DNA from: Candidatus Nanohalobium sp.
Lineage (GTDB): Archaea > Nanohalarchaeota > Nanosalinia > Nanosalinales > Nanosalinaceae
Length of the DNA: 38,244 nt
Direction: 5' to 3'
Assembly: GCA_042217545.1 (NCBI GenBank)
Contig: JBDGSM010000032.1
Location: 1-38,244, forward strand
Made by a program: the position numbers and the translations under genes. This document shows positions 19,286 through 28,056 of this stretch, piece by piece; the first letter of the stretch is position 1, and every line of letters starts with the position of its first letter. The notes beneath the pieces were generated by a model. The model saw only the letters and a program-made list of their open reading frames with translations. It had not been told where the DNA came from and did not search any database.

Positions 19286-19864
19286 TTACCCGTACTCTCT
19301 AAAGCCGGCCGTATCAAAGAAGTTGTTCACGACCGCCACCGCATCATCGGTATGGATCACTTCAGGCCCTACAGAAACCTCTTCAGCACCAGCAGAGTTC
19401 AAGGCCTCAAGTTCTTCATTCTTGAAGTCCCTGTGATCGGATAGAACAAACACGGCGTCTTCTCCAGGCCCTGACCCTGGCAGAGATCTTCCGCCTTCCT
19501 TCAGTACGAAAACTTCTTCCTCGAAGCTTTCAAGGAGCTGTCCAAGGCCTTTCTCCTTGACTTTTACTCCGTGCGAGACTTTTTCTCCTTCCCTGTACCT
19601 CTGCTTGATCGCTCTGTTGAGAAGGCCTGCGATGCTACGTTCATCCGGGTTCACTCCGCCGACTTCTTCACCGTTAAAATGGATCACGAGTTCGTCCTGG
19701 AAGATCAGGAATAATTCGTTTTCTTCCCTGATGCCATGGGACTTCAGAAGCGCGGAGTTAACTGTCCTCGCAACCAGGTCTATTCTTCCCTCTCCGGCGA
19801 GGTTGTTCAGGTTGATCTTCGCTCTTGTCGGCGCTTCATGCGCCAGGACGACAAACTTGGTCAT
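19286..19864 (-). CDS. trmY: tRNA (pseudouridine-54-N1)-methyltransferase (SPOUT)
   Basis: GRIDLVAR, SHGIRE, NPDERS, FVLSDH and SVGP..IH motifs. Confidence 0.9.
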   Translation of the reverse strand: MTKFVVLAHEAPTRAKINLNNLAGEGRIDLVARTVNSALLKSHGIREENELFLIFQDELVIHFNGEEVGGVNPDERSIAGLLNRAIKQRYREGEKVSHGVKVKEKGLGQLLESFEEEVFVLKEGGRSLPGSGPGEDAVFVLSDHRDFKNEELEALNSAGAEEVSVGPEVIHTDDAVAVVNNFFDTAGFREYG

Positions 19865-19936
19865 TGAATCGAGTGAGGTGCTTCAGATTAAAATAAGGTG
19901 GGAGCCGAAGGTCGAGGCCTTCTGACTCCAACTAAA

Positions 19937-20135
19937 GTGAACTACTCGCTACCAATCAGAGATTGGAAGGAGCTTCTTTGCTTCACACAGCATTCTCACA
20001 GGAATGCTGTTCGAGCACTCGTTCCCCAAGAAGGGAACGGTGCGTCAACCACGGAACTTGCAAGACGAAACCATTCGTCCCACAGAGGTTTCCAGTGTCC
20101 ACAAGCGTAACTTCGGCTTGTCCCTCGCCTACACC
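19937..20135 (-). ncRNA. Putative TnpB omega-RNA (reRNA)-like structured RNA
   Basis: GGGACAAGCCGAAGTTACGCTTGTGGACACTGG...GCAAGTTCCGTGGTTGA...GAAGC resembles tnpB 3'-end scaffolds; it has several clean hairpins and a TATA box about 25 bp upstream. Confidence 0.6.
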
Positions 20136-20154
20136 ACAAATATTCTCACTGAGA

Positions 20155-20162
20155 TTTATAAA
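20155..20162 (-). promoter_or_regulatory. TATA box (TTTATAAA) inside the element, upstream of the putative RNA
   Basis: Consensus archaeal TATA at the expected spacing from the scaffold start. Confidence 0.5.
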
Positions 20163-20247
20163 GCCGATTCATCCCGCTACCTATCAGAGAAAGGAAGGGG
20201 ACTTCTCGGCAACTAAATTAAAATAAGTTGGATTCGATAAGAGGCCT

Positions 20248-23025
20248 ATGACCGGAGAATTTGCGGCCAGACTCACAGATATCGAGGAGAAGTGGCAGGA
20301 AAAATGGGAAGAAGCAGAAGTTCACAGGACTGAGAAGACTGACGCAGAGAAGTACTATGTCCTGGAGATGTTTCCATATCCCTCCGGCAACCTGCACATG
20401 GGACACGTCCGCAACTTCTCACTGGGCGACGCACCGGCCCGCATGAAACGGATGCAGGGCTACGACGTTATGCATCCGATGGGCTGGGACGCATTCGGAC
20501 TGCCTGCGGAGAACGCAGCGATCGACAGAGATGTAGACCCGGAGGAATGGACAAGGGACTGCATCGACAACATGAGAGGCCAGCTCAAACGTTTAGGCTT
20601 CTCATACGACTGGGAACGGGAGATCGCGACCTGTGACCCGGAATACTACAAGTGGAACCAGTGGATCTTCCAGCAGATGCTGGACGAAGGCCTTGCCTAC
20701 GAGGATGAGTCCAAGGTTAACTGGTGTCCGAGCTGTGAAACAGTCCTTGCTGACGAACAGGTAGAGGACGGACTCTGCTGGAGATGTGACAGTGTTGTAG
20801 AACAGAAGGAGATGGAACAATGGTTCCTCAAGATCACAGAATATGCTGAAGAGCTTCTCGGCGATCTTGAACAGCTTGAAGGCTGGCCTGACAAGGTTCG
20901 GGACATGCAGGAGAACTGGATCGGGAAGAGCCACGGCGCAAAGATTAAATTCCCATTGAGAGGTGAAGACAGAGAATTGGAGGTCTTCACGACAAGGCCT
21001 GACACGATATTCGGCGCAACATTCATGGCGCTCGCTCCGGAGCATGAGTTAACCGAAGAGATAGCTGAAGAGAACCAAGAGGTTGCAGAGTACCGTGAAG
21101 AGGCGATGAAAAAAGATACTGAGGAAAGAGAGGAGAAGTCCAAGGCAGGAGTTTTCACAGGAAGGTACGCCGAGAACCCGTTCACGGGTGAAGAGATCCC
21201 TATCTATGTCGCCGAGTTCGTCCTGACGGATTACGGTACTGGAGCGATCATGGCGGTACCGGCACACGACCAGAGGGACTGGGAGTTCGCACAGGAACAC
21301 GGCGTAGACATCAGGAAAGTCGTCGAGCCTGAAGGAGACCACAGCTTCCAGGAGGAAGCGTATGAGGGCGACGGCGAACACGTTAACTCAGAGTTCCTGG
21401 ACGGCCTGGACAAGGAAGACGGTATAGAAAAGATAATTGAAGAGCTTGAGGATAGAGGCCTTGGCACGCACGACGTGAACTACAAGCTGCGTGACTGGCT
21501 GATCTCCAGGCAGCGTTACTGGGGTACACCGATCCCGATCATCCACTGTGACGAGTGCGGGACGGTTCCCGTGCCTGAAGAGGATCTTCCTGTCGAACTA
21601 CCGGATGACGTGGAGTTCACGGAGACAGGCAACCCTATCGAGACATCGGAGAGCTGGGCGGAGGTCAAATGCCCTGGATGTGGAGGAGAAGCACGGAGAG
21701 AAACTGACACGATGGATACATTCATCGGAAGCTCCTGGTACTTCCTCAGATATATCTCGCCAGAATTAGATGACGCTCCGTTTGACGTGGAGGACGCGAA
21801 CTACTGGATGAACGTAGATCAGTACATCGGAGGGATAGAACACGCAGTCATGCATCTGCTGTACGCAAGATTCTTCACAAAGTTCCTACGTGATGAGGAG
21901 ATGCTCGACGAAGACGAACCGTTCGAAAGACTTCTCACACTCGGAATGGTCAATCATCCCGCGTACAACTGCCCTGAACACGGCTGGCTCTTCCCGGATG
22001 AAGTGGAGGGCGATAACATCTGCGAGAAATGTGGTAGAGAGGTCGAAGTCGAGACCAGGAAGATGTCCAAGTCCAAGCACAACGTCGTGGATCCTACTGA
22101 ACTTGTAAAGGAACATGGAGCCGATACCGCAAGAGTTTTCATCCTTAGAGCTTCAGGCCCTACAAACGAGCTGGACTGGAGCGAGGATGGAGTAGCAGCG
22201 GCGGAGGAAATGCTTGAGAGAGTTGAAAGGATAGTTGAAGAGAACATGGAGGCCTTAACAGATGAAAGGCCTTCTCTGGAGAACGCCGAGCTGTTCGACA
22301 GGATAATGGCTTCGAGAATCCAGAGAGCGATAGAGAAAGTTACGGATGATACCGAGAACTATGATTTCAACCTGGCGATCGACGAGATCGACAGACTGTT
22401 GAGCAAGCTCTACTGGTACGAACAGCAGGGAGGAAAAGATGAAGTTCTCTCACACGGCATCAAGACCTTGTTGAAGTTGCTCAGTCCTTACGCACCGCAC
22501 ATCACCGAGGAACTCTGGCACAGGATCGGTAACGAGAACTTTATGATTGAAGAGGAATGGCCTGAACCTGAAGAAGGCCTTATTGACGAGGACGCTGAGG
22601 AGATCGATGATTACTTCTCCCGCGTCTCCTCAGACATCAGGGAGATCATCGATATGATCGAAGACAGTCCTGAGAAGATTAAAGTTATCAAGGCCTCGGA
22701 TTGGAAGTATTCTGCCGGTGAGAAGATCCTTGACGTGATCGAGGATACTAAAGATGTCGGTGAGGTCATGGATCAGGTGCTTGACGATGACCTACAGCAG
22801 AAGGCGCAGCAGATCAATGAGGAAGTTGTAAAGGCCGTGGAGAATCCTGGAAACTACCGGAAGAACTTCACAGGCCTTGAGCTGGAGGAGGAAGCGCTTG
22901 AACTGAACCAGGAAAGGTTTAAGGAAGAGTTCGGAGTTGAAGTCGTTGTCGAAAAAGAGGATGAAAGCGGCGAGGACAAGGCCTCACGTGCTCAGCCCGG
23001 AAGGCCTGCGATCGTGGCTGAATAG
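20248..23025 (+). CDS. leuS: Leucine--tRNA ligase
   Basis: FPYPSGNLHMGH, GWDAFGLPAENAA, FTTRPDT and YGTGAIMAVPAHD editing motifs, and KMSKS. Confidence 0.98.
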   Translation: MTGEFAARLTDIEEKWQEKWEEAEVHRTEKTDAEKYYVLEMFPYPSGNLHMGHVRNFSLGDAPARMKRMQGYDVMHPMGWDAFGLPAENAAIDRDVDPEEWTRDCIDNMRGQLKRLGFSYDWEREIATCDPEYYKWNQWIFQQMLDEGLAYEDESKVNWCPSCETVLADEQVEDGLCWRCDSVVEQKEMEQWFLKITEYAEELLGDLEQLEGWPDKVRDMQENWIGKSHGAKIKFPLRGEDRELEVFTTRPDTIFGATFMALAPEHELTEEIAEENQEVAEYREEAMKKDTEEREEKSKAGVFTGRYAENPFTGEEIPIYVAEFVLTDYGTGAIMAVPAHDQRDWEFAQEHGVDIRKVVEPEGDHSFQEEAYEGDGEHVNSEFLDGLDKEDGIEKIIEELEDRGLGTHDVNYKLRDWLISRQRYWGTPIPIIHCDECGTVPVPEEDLPVELPDDVEFTETGNPIETSESWAEVKCPGCGGEARRETDTMDTFIGSSWYFLRYISPELDDAPFDVEDANYWMNVDQYIGGIEHAVMHLLYARFFTKFLRDEEMLDEDEPFERLLTLGMVNHPAYNCPEHGWLFPDEVEGDNICEKCGREVEVETRKMSKSKHNVVDPTELVKEHGADTARVFILRASGPTNELDWSEDGVAAAEEMLERVERIVEENMEALTDERPSLENAELFDRIMASRIQRAIEKVTDDTENYDFNLAIDEIDRLLSKLYWYEQQGGKDEVLSHGIKTLLKLLSPYAPHITEELWHRIGNENFMIEEEWPEPEEGLIDEDAEEIDDYFSRVSSDIREIIDMIEDSPEKIKVIKASDWKYSAGEKILDVIEDTKDVGEVMDQVLDDDLQQKAQQINEEVVKAVENPGNYRKNFTGLELEEEALELNQERFKEEFGVEVVVEKEDESGEDKASRAQPGRPAIVAE

Positions 23026-23341
23026 ATGTCTGAATCCGGGAGAAACACTGAACGTCGGCAGGGCATGATGACCGGTATTGTCGCTGCATTGAGTGACCAG
23101 GAGGAACACCTGAAATACAGAAATATTGACAGGCCCCCAAGACTGGAGCTTGAGGAGATCAAGGCCGAGCTCGGCGATGAGGATGTTAAAATGGATGCGG
23201 AGGCTATCGCAGAGTTCAGGAATAATGTTTTTTTCGGGATATGCCCAGAATATGGCCCTGGCCTACGAAGAAGGGGATAGGCAGAAGTTAGAGGAGAACG
23301 GTGTCAAGCTTGTGCAGAGGCCTGAGACACAGGTCCAGTAG
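23026..23341 (+). pseudogene. Hypothetical protein, probably frameshifted at a T7 run (23228-23234)
   Basis: ORF 23026..23280; removing one T joins it to SGYAQNMALAYEEGDRQKLEE..., which ends at 23341 next to the convergent gene. Confidence 0.45.
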
Positions 23342-23347
23342 AAAAAT

Positions 23348-23611
23348 TCAGTATCGTTTCAGGCTTTCTTCCAGGTTGCGGTCGAGATGCTTGTCTACTT
23401 CAAGGCCCTGTTCTTTCATGGCTTTTCTATGTGCCTGCAGCAAGTCCTCTACTTTTTCCAGTCTCTGGTTCATCTGTGCCATCGCGACCCAGATCTGGCC
23501 TACGGATGCGTTGCCCGCCTCCATGTATGTTTCTTCGTGCTTCTCTGTATCTTTCAGAAGCGAGTTAAGTGAATTGGAGAGTTTTTTCGGCAGCTCTTCG
23601 ATCCAGCCCAT
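23348..23611 (-). CDS. Hypothetical coiled-coil protein
   Basis: 87 aa ORF with a heptad-like central region and an upstream AT-rich box. Confidence 0.7.
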   Translation of the reverse strand: MGWIEELPKKLSNSLNSLLKDTEKHEETYMEAGNASVGQIWVAMAQMNQRLEKVEDLLQAHRKAMKEQGLEVDKHLDRNLEESLKRY

Positions 23612-23665
23612 ACGGCTTTATTTGGTATAAAATTCTTTTAACTCTCAAGTCCTAACCCTGGATTA

Positions 23666-24037
23666 ATGCGTAAGCAGTTGAACCTTTTCGGCCTTCTGGC
23701 TGTTCTTGCAGTGATTGCGTACGGAAGCTTTACTGCGGGAGCGCTCAGTGAAGGAGGTCCTTTACTGCATTTCATCGCTTACTTTGTCCTTGCCGCTGCG
23801 TTCCTGGTCAACTTCCAGGACACAGAGAAAGGCCATATAGAGGCGATCCTTGCCTCAGGCCTTGTCGCGATGATCATAGAACTCATCCAGGCCCCGATAC
23901 CTTACAGGACTTTCTCGCTCATGGACTTCGGGGTCAGCCTTGCAGGTTCCACAGTCATCACGCTGGACCATCATCTAGGCCTTGTCACCCGTTTTGTCGA
24001 GCTTGAGGATGATCTGATCGAACGGTTCTTGGTGTGA
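23666..24037 (+). CDS. VanZ-like membrane protein
   Basis: LHFIAYFVL and IELIQ..IPYRTFS..D pattern. Confidence 0.8.
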   Translation: MRKQLNLFGLLAVLAVIAYGSFTAGALSEGGPLLHFIAYFVLAAAFLVNFQDTEKGHIEAILASGLVAMIIELIQAPIPYRTFSLMDFGVSLAGSTVITLDHHLGLVTRFVELEDDLIERFLV

Positions 24038-24088
24038 GGCCTTTCATTTGTTATAACTTGTCACGAAGTTTCCTGTTGTGAATTAACT

Positions 24089-24748
24089 ATGGAAAAAAGT
24101 GAGATGGTGCTTGTCAGGTACACAGGCAAGCAGGACGGAAACGTGTTCGATACCACGGAAGAGGAAAAAGCGAAAGAGGTAGGCCTGTACCAGGAGGGAA
24201 GAAGTTATTCTCCTATCCCTGTTCTGGTCGGCGAGAGCTACGTCATTGAAGGCCTTGAGGAAGCGCTGGAAGAGATGGATGTCGGCGATGAAAAGGAGAT
24301 CGAAGTTCCATCGGAGAAAGCTTACGGAAGCAGGGACTCCGACAAGATCGAGACATACCCTGAGAAGGAGTTCAAGAAGCAGGATGTCCAGGTCCGTGTC
24401 GGCGAGGAGTTGATGATCGGCAACCGGAGAGGAAAAGTTATCTCGAAAGGTTCTGGACGTGTCAGGATTGATTTCAACCATCCTCTTTCCGGAAAGGATC
24501 TGGAGTACTGGATCAAAGTTGAGGAGAAAGTAGAGGACGATGAAGATCTTGCCGAGAACATCTTCGAGTACCGTCTAGGACATGGCGACATGGAGATTGA
24601 GGACGGAACGGTCAAGATCTACCGGATCCACAGTCACGGAGATCACAGGCATGAGCTACCTCAGGAGGCTATCGACGAAGTCAGCAAGGAGATCAAGGAG
24701 TACACTGATCTGGAAGTCGAAGTCATTGACGACGAGAAAGAGGAATAA
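24089..24748 (+). CDS. FKBP-type peptidyl-prolyl isomerase (SlyD-like)
   Basis: YTG, FDTT, IEGLEEAL, PSEKAYG and DFNHPLSGK motifs. Confidence 0.93.
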   Translation: MEKSEMVLVRYTGKQDGNVFDTTEEEKAKEVGLYQEGRSYSPIPVLVGESYVIEGLEEALEEMDVGDEKEIEVPSEKAYGSRDSDKIETYPEKEFKKQDVQVRVGEELMIGNRRGKVISKGSGRVRIDFNHPLSGKDLEYWIKVEEKVEDDEDLAENIFEYRLGHGDMEIEDGTVKIYRIHSHGDHRHELPQEAIDEVSKEIKEYTDLEVEVIDDEKEE

Positions 24749-24865
24749 CCTCATATTTCCTCTCCTTTTTCCAGCGTGAGGCCTTATAAGTTCGGGGAGA
24801 GGCCTTTTCAGCATTTTTATATAGCTTAGTGACTACTTGTATTACATAAGAAGAGTGGTCGTCCG

Positions 24866-25978
24866 ATGGAAGATCAAATACAACAGGCCAGGCAGAACGA
24901 TTCTGGCGATGTCCCGCAGTCGAAACAGAAAAATCATGATATAGACGAGGAGCTCGAGGAACTGATAGAGCAGAGAAAGGCCGAGATCAAGGTCATCGGT
25001 TCCGGAGGAGCCGGTAACAATACTATTTCTCGCCTTGTAGAAGTCGGAATCGAGGGATGCGAAACCATCGCGATGAACACCGACGCTCAGGACCTTCTCT
25101 ATGCCAACGCCGATGAAAAAGTTCTCATCGGTAAAGAGCTTACAGGAGGCCTCGGAGCCGGAGCAGATCCAAAGGTCGGAGAGGAGAGTGCGAAAGAGAG
25201 CCAGCAGAAGATCAAGCAGTCCGTCGAAGGATCTGACATGGTCTTCATCACCTGTGGACTCGGAGGAGGAACAGGAACAGGTTCCGCACCAGTCATCGCA
25301 GAACAGGCAAAGAAGCAGGGCGCACTAACTGTCGGAATCGTCACACTTCCATTCGAGATGGAAGGACAGGCACGACAGGAAAACGCAGAGTACGGACTGG
25401 AAAGACTCGAAGAAGTCGTCGACACACTGATCGTAATACCGAACGACAAGCTTCTTGAAATCGTACCGGACGTATCACTCAACACAGCGTTCAAGATTGC
25501 AGACGAAATACTTGTCAACGCAGTCAAAGGCGTAACAGAACTTGTTACAAAGCCAGGCCTCGTCAACCTCGACTTCGCAGACATCCGCGCAGTCATGGGC
25601 GAAGGAGGAATCGCCATGATCGGAATGGGACAGAGCGATACAGACTCCAGAGCTACAGAAGCCGTACAGAAAGCACTCTCAAATCCACTGCTTGACGTAG
25701 ATATCGAAGGAGGAAAAGGCGCCCTCGTAAACGTCACCGGAGGAACAGGCCTCTCACTCAACGAAGCCCAGGAAGTCGTCAATACCGTTTCCGGGAAGCT
25801 TTCCGACTCTGCAAAGATCATCTGGGGAGCACAGGTCAGAGAAGACATGGAAAGCAGCCTACAGGCCATGATCATCGTAACAGGAGTCGACAGCCCTCAG
25901 ATCTACGGCCCTGACAAGACGCATCAGGACGAGCATGAGGACGAGATCGAGCAGGAACTCGGCGTAGAGTTCATCTAA
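24866..25978 (+). CDS. ftsZ: Cell division protein FtsZ
   Basis: GSGGAGNN, NTDAQ, GGGTGTG and NLDFAD motifs; ftsZ-secE-spt5 synteny. Confidence 0.98.
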   Translation: MEDQIQQARQNDSGDVPQSKQKNHDIDEELEELIEQRKAEIKVIGSGGAGNNTISRLVEVGIEGCETIAMNTDAQDLLYANADEKVLIGKELTGGLGAGADPKVGEESAKESQQKIKQSVEGSDMVFITCGLGGGTGTGSAPVIAEQAKKQGALTVGIVTLPFEMEGQARQENAEYGLERLEEVVDTLIVIPNDKLLEIVPDVSLNTAFKIADEILVNAVKGVTELVTKPGLVNLDFADIRAVMGEGGIAMIGMGQSDTDSRATEAVQKALSNPLLDVDIEGGKGALVNVTGGTGLSLNEAQEVVNTVSGKLSDSAKIIWGAQVREDMESSLQAMIIVTGVDSPQIYGPDKTHQDEHEDEIEQELGVEFI

Positions 25979-25979
25979 G

Positions 25980-26025
25980 GCCTTTCCCCAAGATACCTTT
26001 TCTTCTATCTCTACTTTTCCTTTAA
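25980..26025 (+). terminator. Pyrimidine/T-rich tract after ftsZ
   Basis: CCTTTTCTTCTATCTCTACTTTTCCTTT just after the stop codon. Confidence 0.45.
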
Positions 26026-26089
26026 TTCGCAGGGCTTCTTGAGAACTGTTTTTAAAAGTTGGTTTCGAAAGCTGTGTTAACCCGCTTGA

Positions 26090-26154
26090 ACCACTGCGAG
26101 GTGGGAGGGAACTAGACAGTTTTCCGGCTAGTTCTCTTTCTAACCTGAAGTGGT
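26090..26154 (+). promoter_or_regulatory. Long hairpin in the secE 5' leader
   Basis: Nested pairings ACCACT/AGTGGT, AGGT/ACCT and GAACTAG/CTAGTTC between a TATA-like TTTTAAAA (about 26050) and SD GAGGTGA (26159-26165). Confidence 0.5.
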
Positions 26155-26170
26155 CTTTGAGGTGAAACGA

Positions 26171-26371
26171 ATGGAACTCGATCCTAATTCGATCAAGAAT
26201 AATGCGAAGAGCAAGCTGAAGGAATACCAGCGAGTGCTCAAGATATCAGATAAACCGGACAGAGATGAGTTTGAGATGAGTGCCAAGGTTACTGGTGCCG
26301 GCATCCTGATTATCGGTGCTATCGGGTTCCTGTTTTACCTTTTAAGCGCTCTGCTGCCAAGCATGGTGTAA
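26171..26371 (+). CDS. secE: Protein translocase SecE/Sec61-gamma
   Basis: EYQRVLK...KP.RDEF...AKVTGAG...IG.IGF; SD upstream of ATG 26171. Confidence 0.93.
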   Translation: MELDPNSIKNNAKSKLKEYQRVLKISDKPDRDEFEMSAKVTGAGILIIGAIGFLFYLLSALLPSMV

Positions 26372-26377
26372 AGAACA

Positions 26378-26812
26378 ATGATAATGACCGCGAGAACCAC
26401 TAGAGGACGTGAGAAAACTGCGATAAACGCGATGAGAAGCCAGGTCAAGAACAGCGACCTGGATATCAAGGCGGTTTTCCACCCGGAAGACCTGAGAGGA
26501 TACATCTTCATCGAGGGCAAGGAAGCAGACATCAGAGAACTCTCCAGCGAAGTCAGGAATATCAACGGAGTGATCGACGAAGAAGTCAACATCTCCGAGA
26601 TCGAAAAATACCTGGACGAGGAAGAAGAGGAGATCAAGCTCGAGGTCGGAGACGAAGTAGAAGTCATCTCCGGACCGTTCAAGGGTGAAGAAGCCAAAAT
26701 CGACAGAGTCGACGAGACCAACAGAGAAGTCACGATCGAACTTCTCGACGCAGCAGTACCTATTCCTACAACCGTCGACATCGACTCAGTAAGAAAGAAG
26801 GCCAACCAGTAA
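26378..26812 (+). CDS. spt5: Transcription elongation factor Spt5 (NusG)
   Basis: TTRGRE, LRGYIFIE and the KOW motif GDEVEVISGPFKGE. Confidence 0.95.
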   Translation: MIMTARTTRGREKTAINAMRSQVKNSDLDIKAVFHPEDLRGYIFIEGKEADIRELSSEVRNINGVIDEEVNISEIEKYLDEEEEEIKLEVGDEVEVISGPFKGEEAKIDRVDETNREVTIELLDAAVPIPTTVDIDSVRKKANQ

Positions 26813-26859
26813 GGCCTTTGATTAAATCTATATTACTCTAAAGGAGGTTTAGACAGAAA

Positions 26860-27360
26860 ATGGGAGACAAGACCACAATATCGACCCTTGTGGAAGGAGG
26901 ACAGGCATCTGCCGGCCCTCCGCTAGGACCAGAACTCGGCCCCCTACCAGTAGACGTAGGAGCGGTCGTGAACGCAATCAACGACAAAACCGCAGACTTC
27001 GAAGGTATGGAAGTTCCTGTAGACGTCACTATAGACGAGGAAACAGGCGATTTCGAGATAGAAGTCGGAAAGCCTCCGATCGCAGCCCTTATCAAGGACG
27101 AGATCGGACTTGAATCCGGCTCAGGCGAACCAAACTTGAACAAGGTCGCCGACATGGAGTTCTCGACCGTCTGTAAGCTTGCCAGGATGAAGGACACAGA
27201 CCTTCTCGCGATGGATCTTCGTGGAGCAGTTAAGGAAGTTATCGGCTCCGCACAGTCCATGGGGATCACAGTCGACGGCAAGGACGCTTACGATGTACAG
27301 CAGGAGATCGACGGTGGAGAATACGACGACAAACTCGAAGAAGAGGAGGGACTTCAGTAG
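26860..27360 (+). CDS. rpl11: 50S ribosomal protein L11 (uL11)
   Basis: GGQASAGPPLGPELG, GMEVPV and SMGI motifs. Confidence 0.97.
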   Translation: MGDKTTISTLVEGGQASAGPPLGPELGPLPVDVGAVVNAINDKTADFEGMEVPVDVTIDEETGDFEIEVGKPPIAALIKDEIGLESGSGEPNLNKVADMEFSTVCKLARMKDTDLLAMDLRGAVKEVIGSAQSMGITVDGKDAYDVQQEIDGGEYDDKLEEEEGLQ

Positions 27361-27429
27361 GTGACCAAGAATGATTACGAAAATCAAAGATTTTCTTGAT
27401 CACGCAGAAAACACAGGAGGTGTTTTCGA
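27361..27429 (+). promoter_or_regulatory. Double-hairpin leader element upstream of rpl1 (copy 1)
   Basis: GAAAATC-AAA-GATTTTC (27379-27395) and GAAAACAC-AGGAG-GTGTTTTC (27407-27427), the latter containing SD GGAGGTG. Confidence 0.65.
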
Positions 27430-28056
27430 GTGAATTTTGAGGAAGCAGTTGAAGACGCAGTAGAAGAAGCCAAGGATAGAGGCTTCACAGAGAGCATCGA
27501 TCTGATCGTCAACTTCAAGGATCTCGATCTTTCCGATCCGAACAACCGTTTCAACGAGGATATCAAGCTGCCTTACCAGGCTGACGAGGATATCAAGGTT
27601 GCAGTGATCGGAGACTCGATCACGACGAACGCGGACAACGCGGACAGAACGATCAGCGAGAACGAGCTCGAGGAAGAATACTTCGAAAATCCAGATAACG
27701 CGAAGGACCTTGCAGATGAGTTCACGTTCCTTATCGCAGAAGCACCTTTGATGCCTAAGATCGGTTCCCAGCTGGGACAGGTCCTAGGACCAAGGGACAT
27801 GATGCCTGACCCAATGCAGCCAGGCGAAGACCCAACCGAGACCATCGAAGGCCTAAGGAACACTGTCTCACTCAGACTGAAGGAACAGCCAATCCTCCAG
27901 GTCAAAGTCGGAAACGAGGAACAGGACCTTGAAAACGTCTCAAGAAACTGCAGCACGATCTACGATTTCATCGAACAGCAGCTTCCGAAAGGTGGCAACA
28001 ACATCAAATCCGTCCTCGTCAAGACCACCATGGGTCCTACAGAGGAGGTGAAGTAA
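27430..28056 (+). CDS. rpl1: 50S ribosomal protein L1 (uL1)
   Basis: FTESIDL, LGQVLGPR and KTTMGP motifs. Confidence 0.97.
   Translation: MNFEEAVEDAVEEAKDRGFTESIDLIVNFKDLDLSDPNNRFNEDIKLPYQADEDIKVAVIGDSITTNADNADRTISENELEEEYFENPDNAKDLADEFTFLIAEAPLMPKIGSQLGQVLGPRDMMPDPMQPGEDPTETIEGLRNTVSLRLKEQPILQVKVGNEEQDLENVSRNCSTIYDFIEQQLPKGGNNIKSVLVKTTMGPTEEVK

Larger units (their letters stand above)
19937..20209 (-). mobile_element. Non-autonomous IS200/IS605-like element with no transposase or TnpB ORF
   Basis: Related subterminal hairpins at both ends (minus strand GAAGTCCCCTTCC..GGTAGCGGGATGAATCGGC and GAAGCTCCTTCCAATCTCTGATTGGTAGCGAGTAGTTCAC); the ...GTAGTTCAC terminus is typical of IS605/IS1341 right ends. 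Confidence 0.7.

Noticed and set aside
19900..20220. RNase P RNA or SRP RNA in the trmY-leuS spacer
   Set aside because: I found no GAGGAAAGUCC-type P4 motif or SRP helix-8 motif on either strand; the ends look like IS200/IS605 termini instead.
19898..20226. Short ORFs 19898..20110, 19963..20226 and 20004..20216
   Set aside because: Atypical composition and no motifs; the region is better explained as a structured non-coding element.
25099..25875. Long antisense ORFs (this one, 28066..28692, 30275..30988 and similar)
   Set aside because: Ser/Phe/Leu-rich shadows of the GAA/GAC-rich codons of real genes on the opposite strand.
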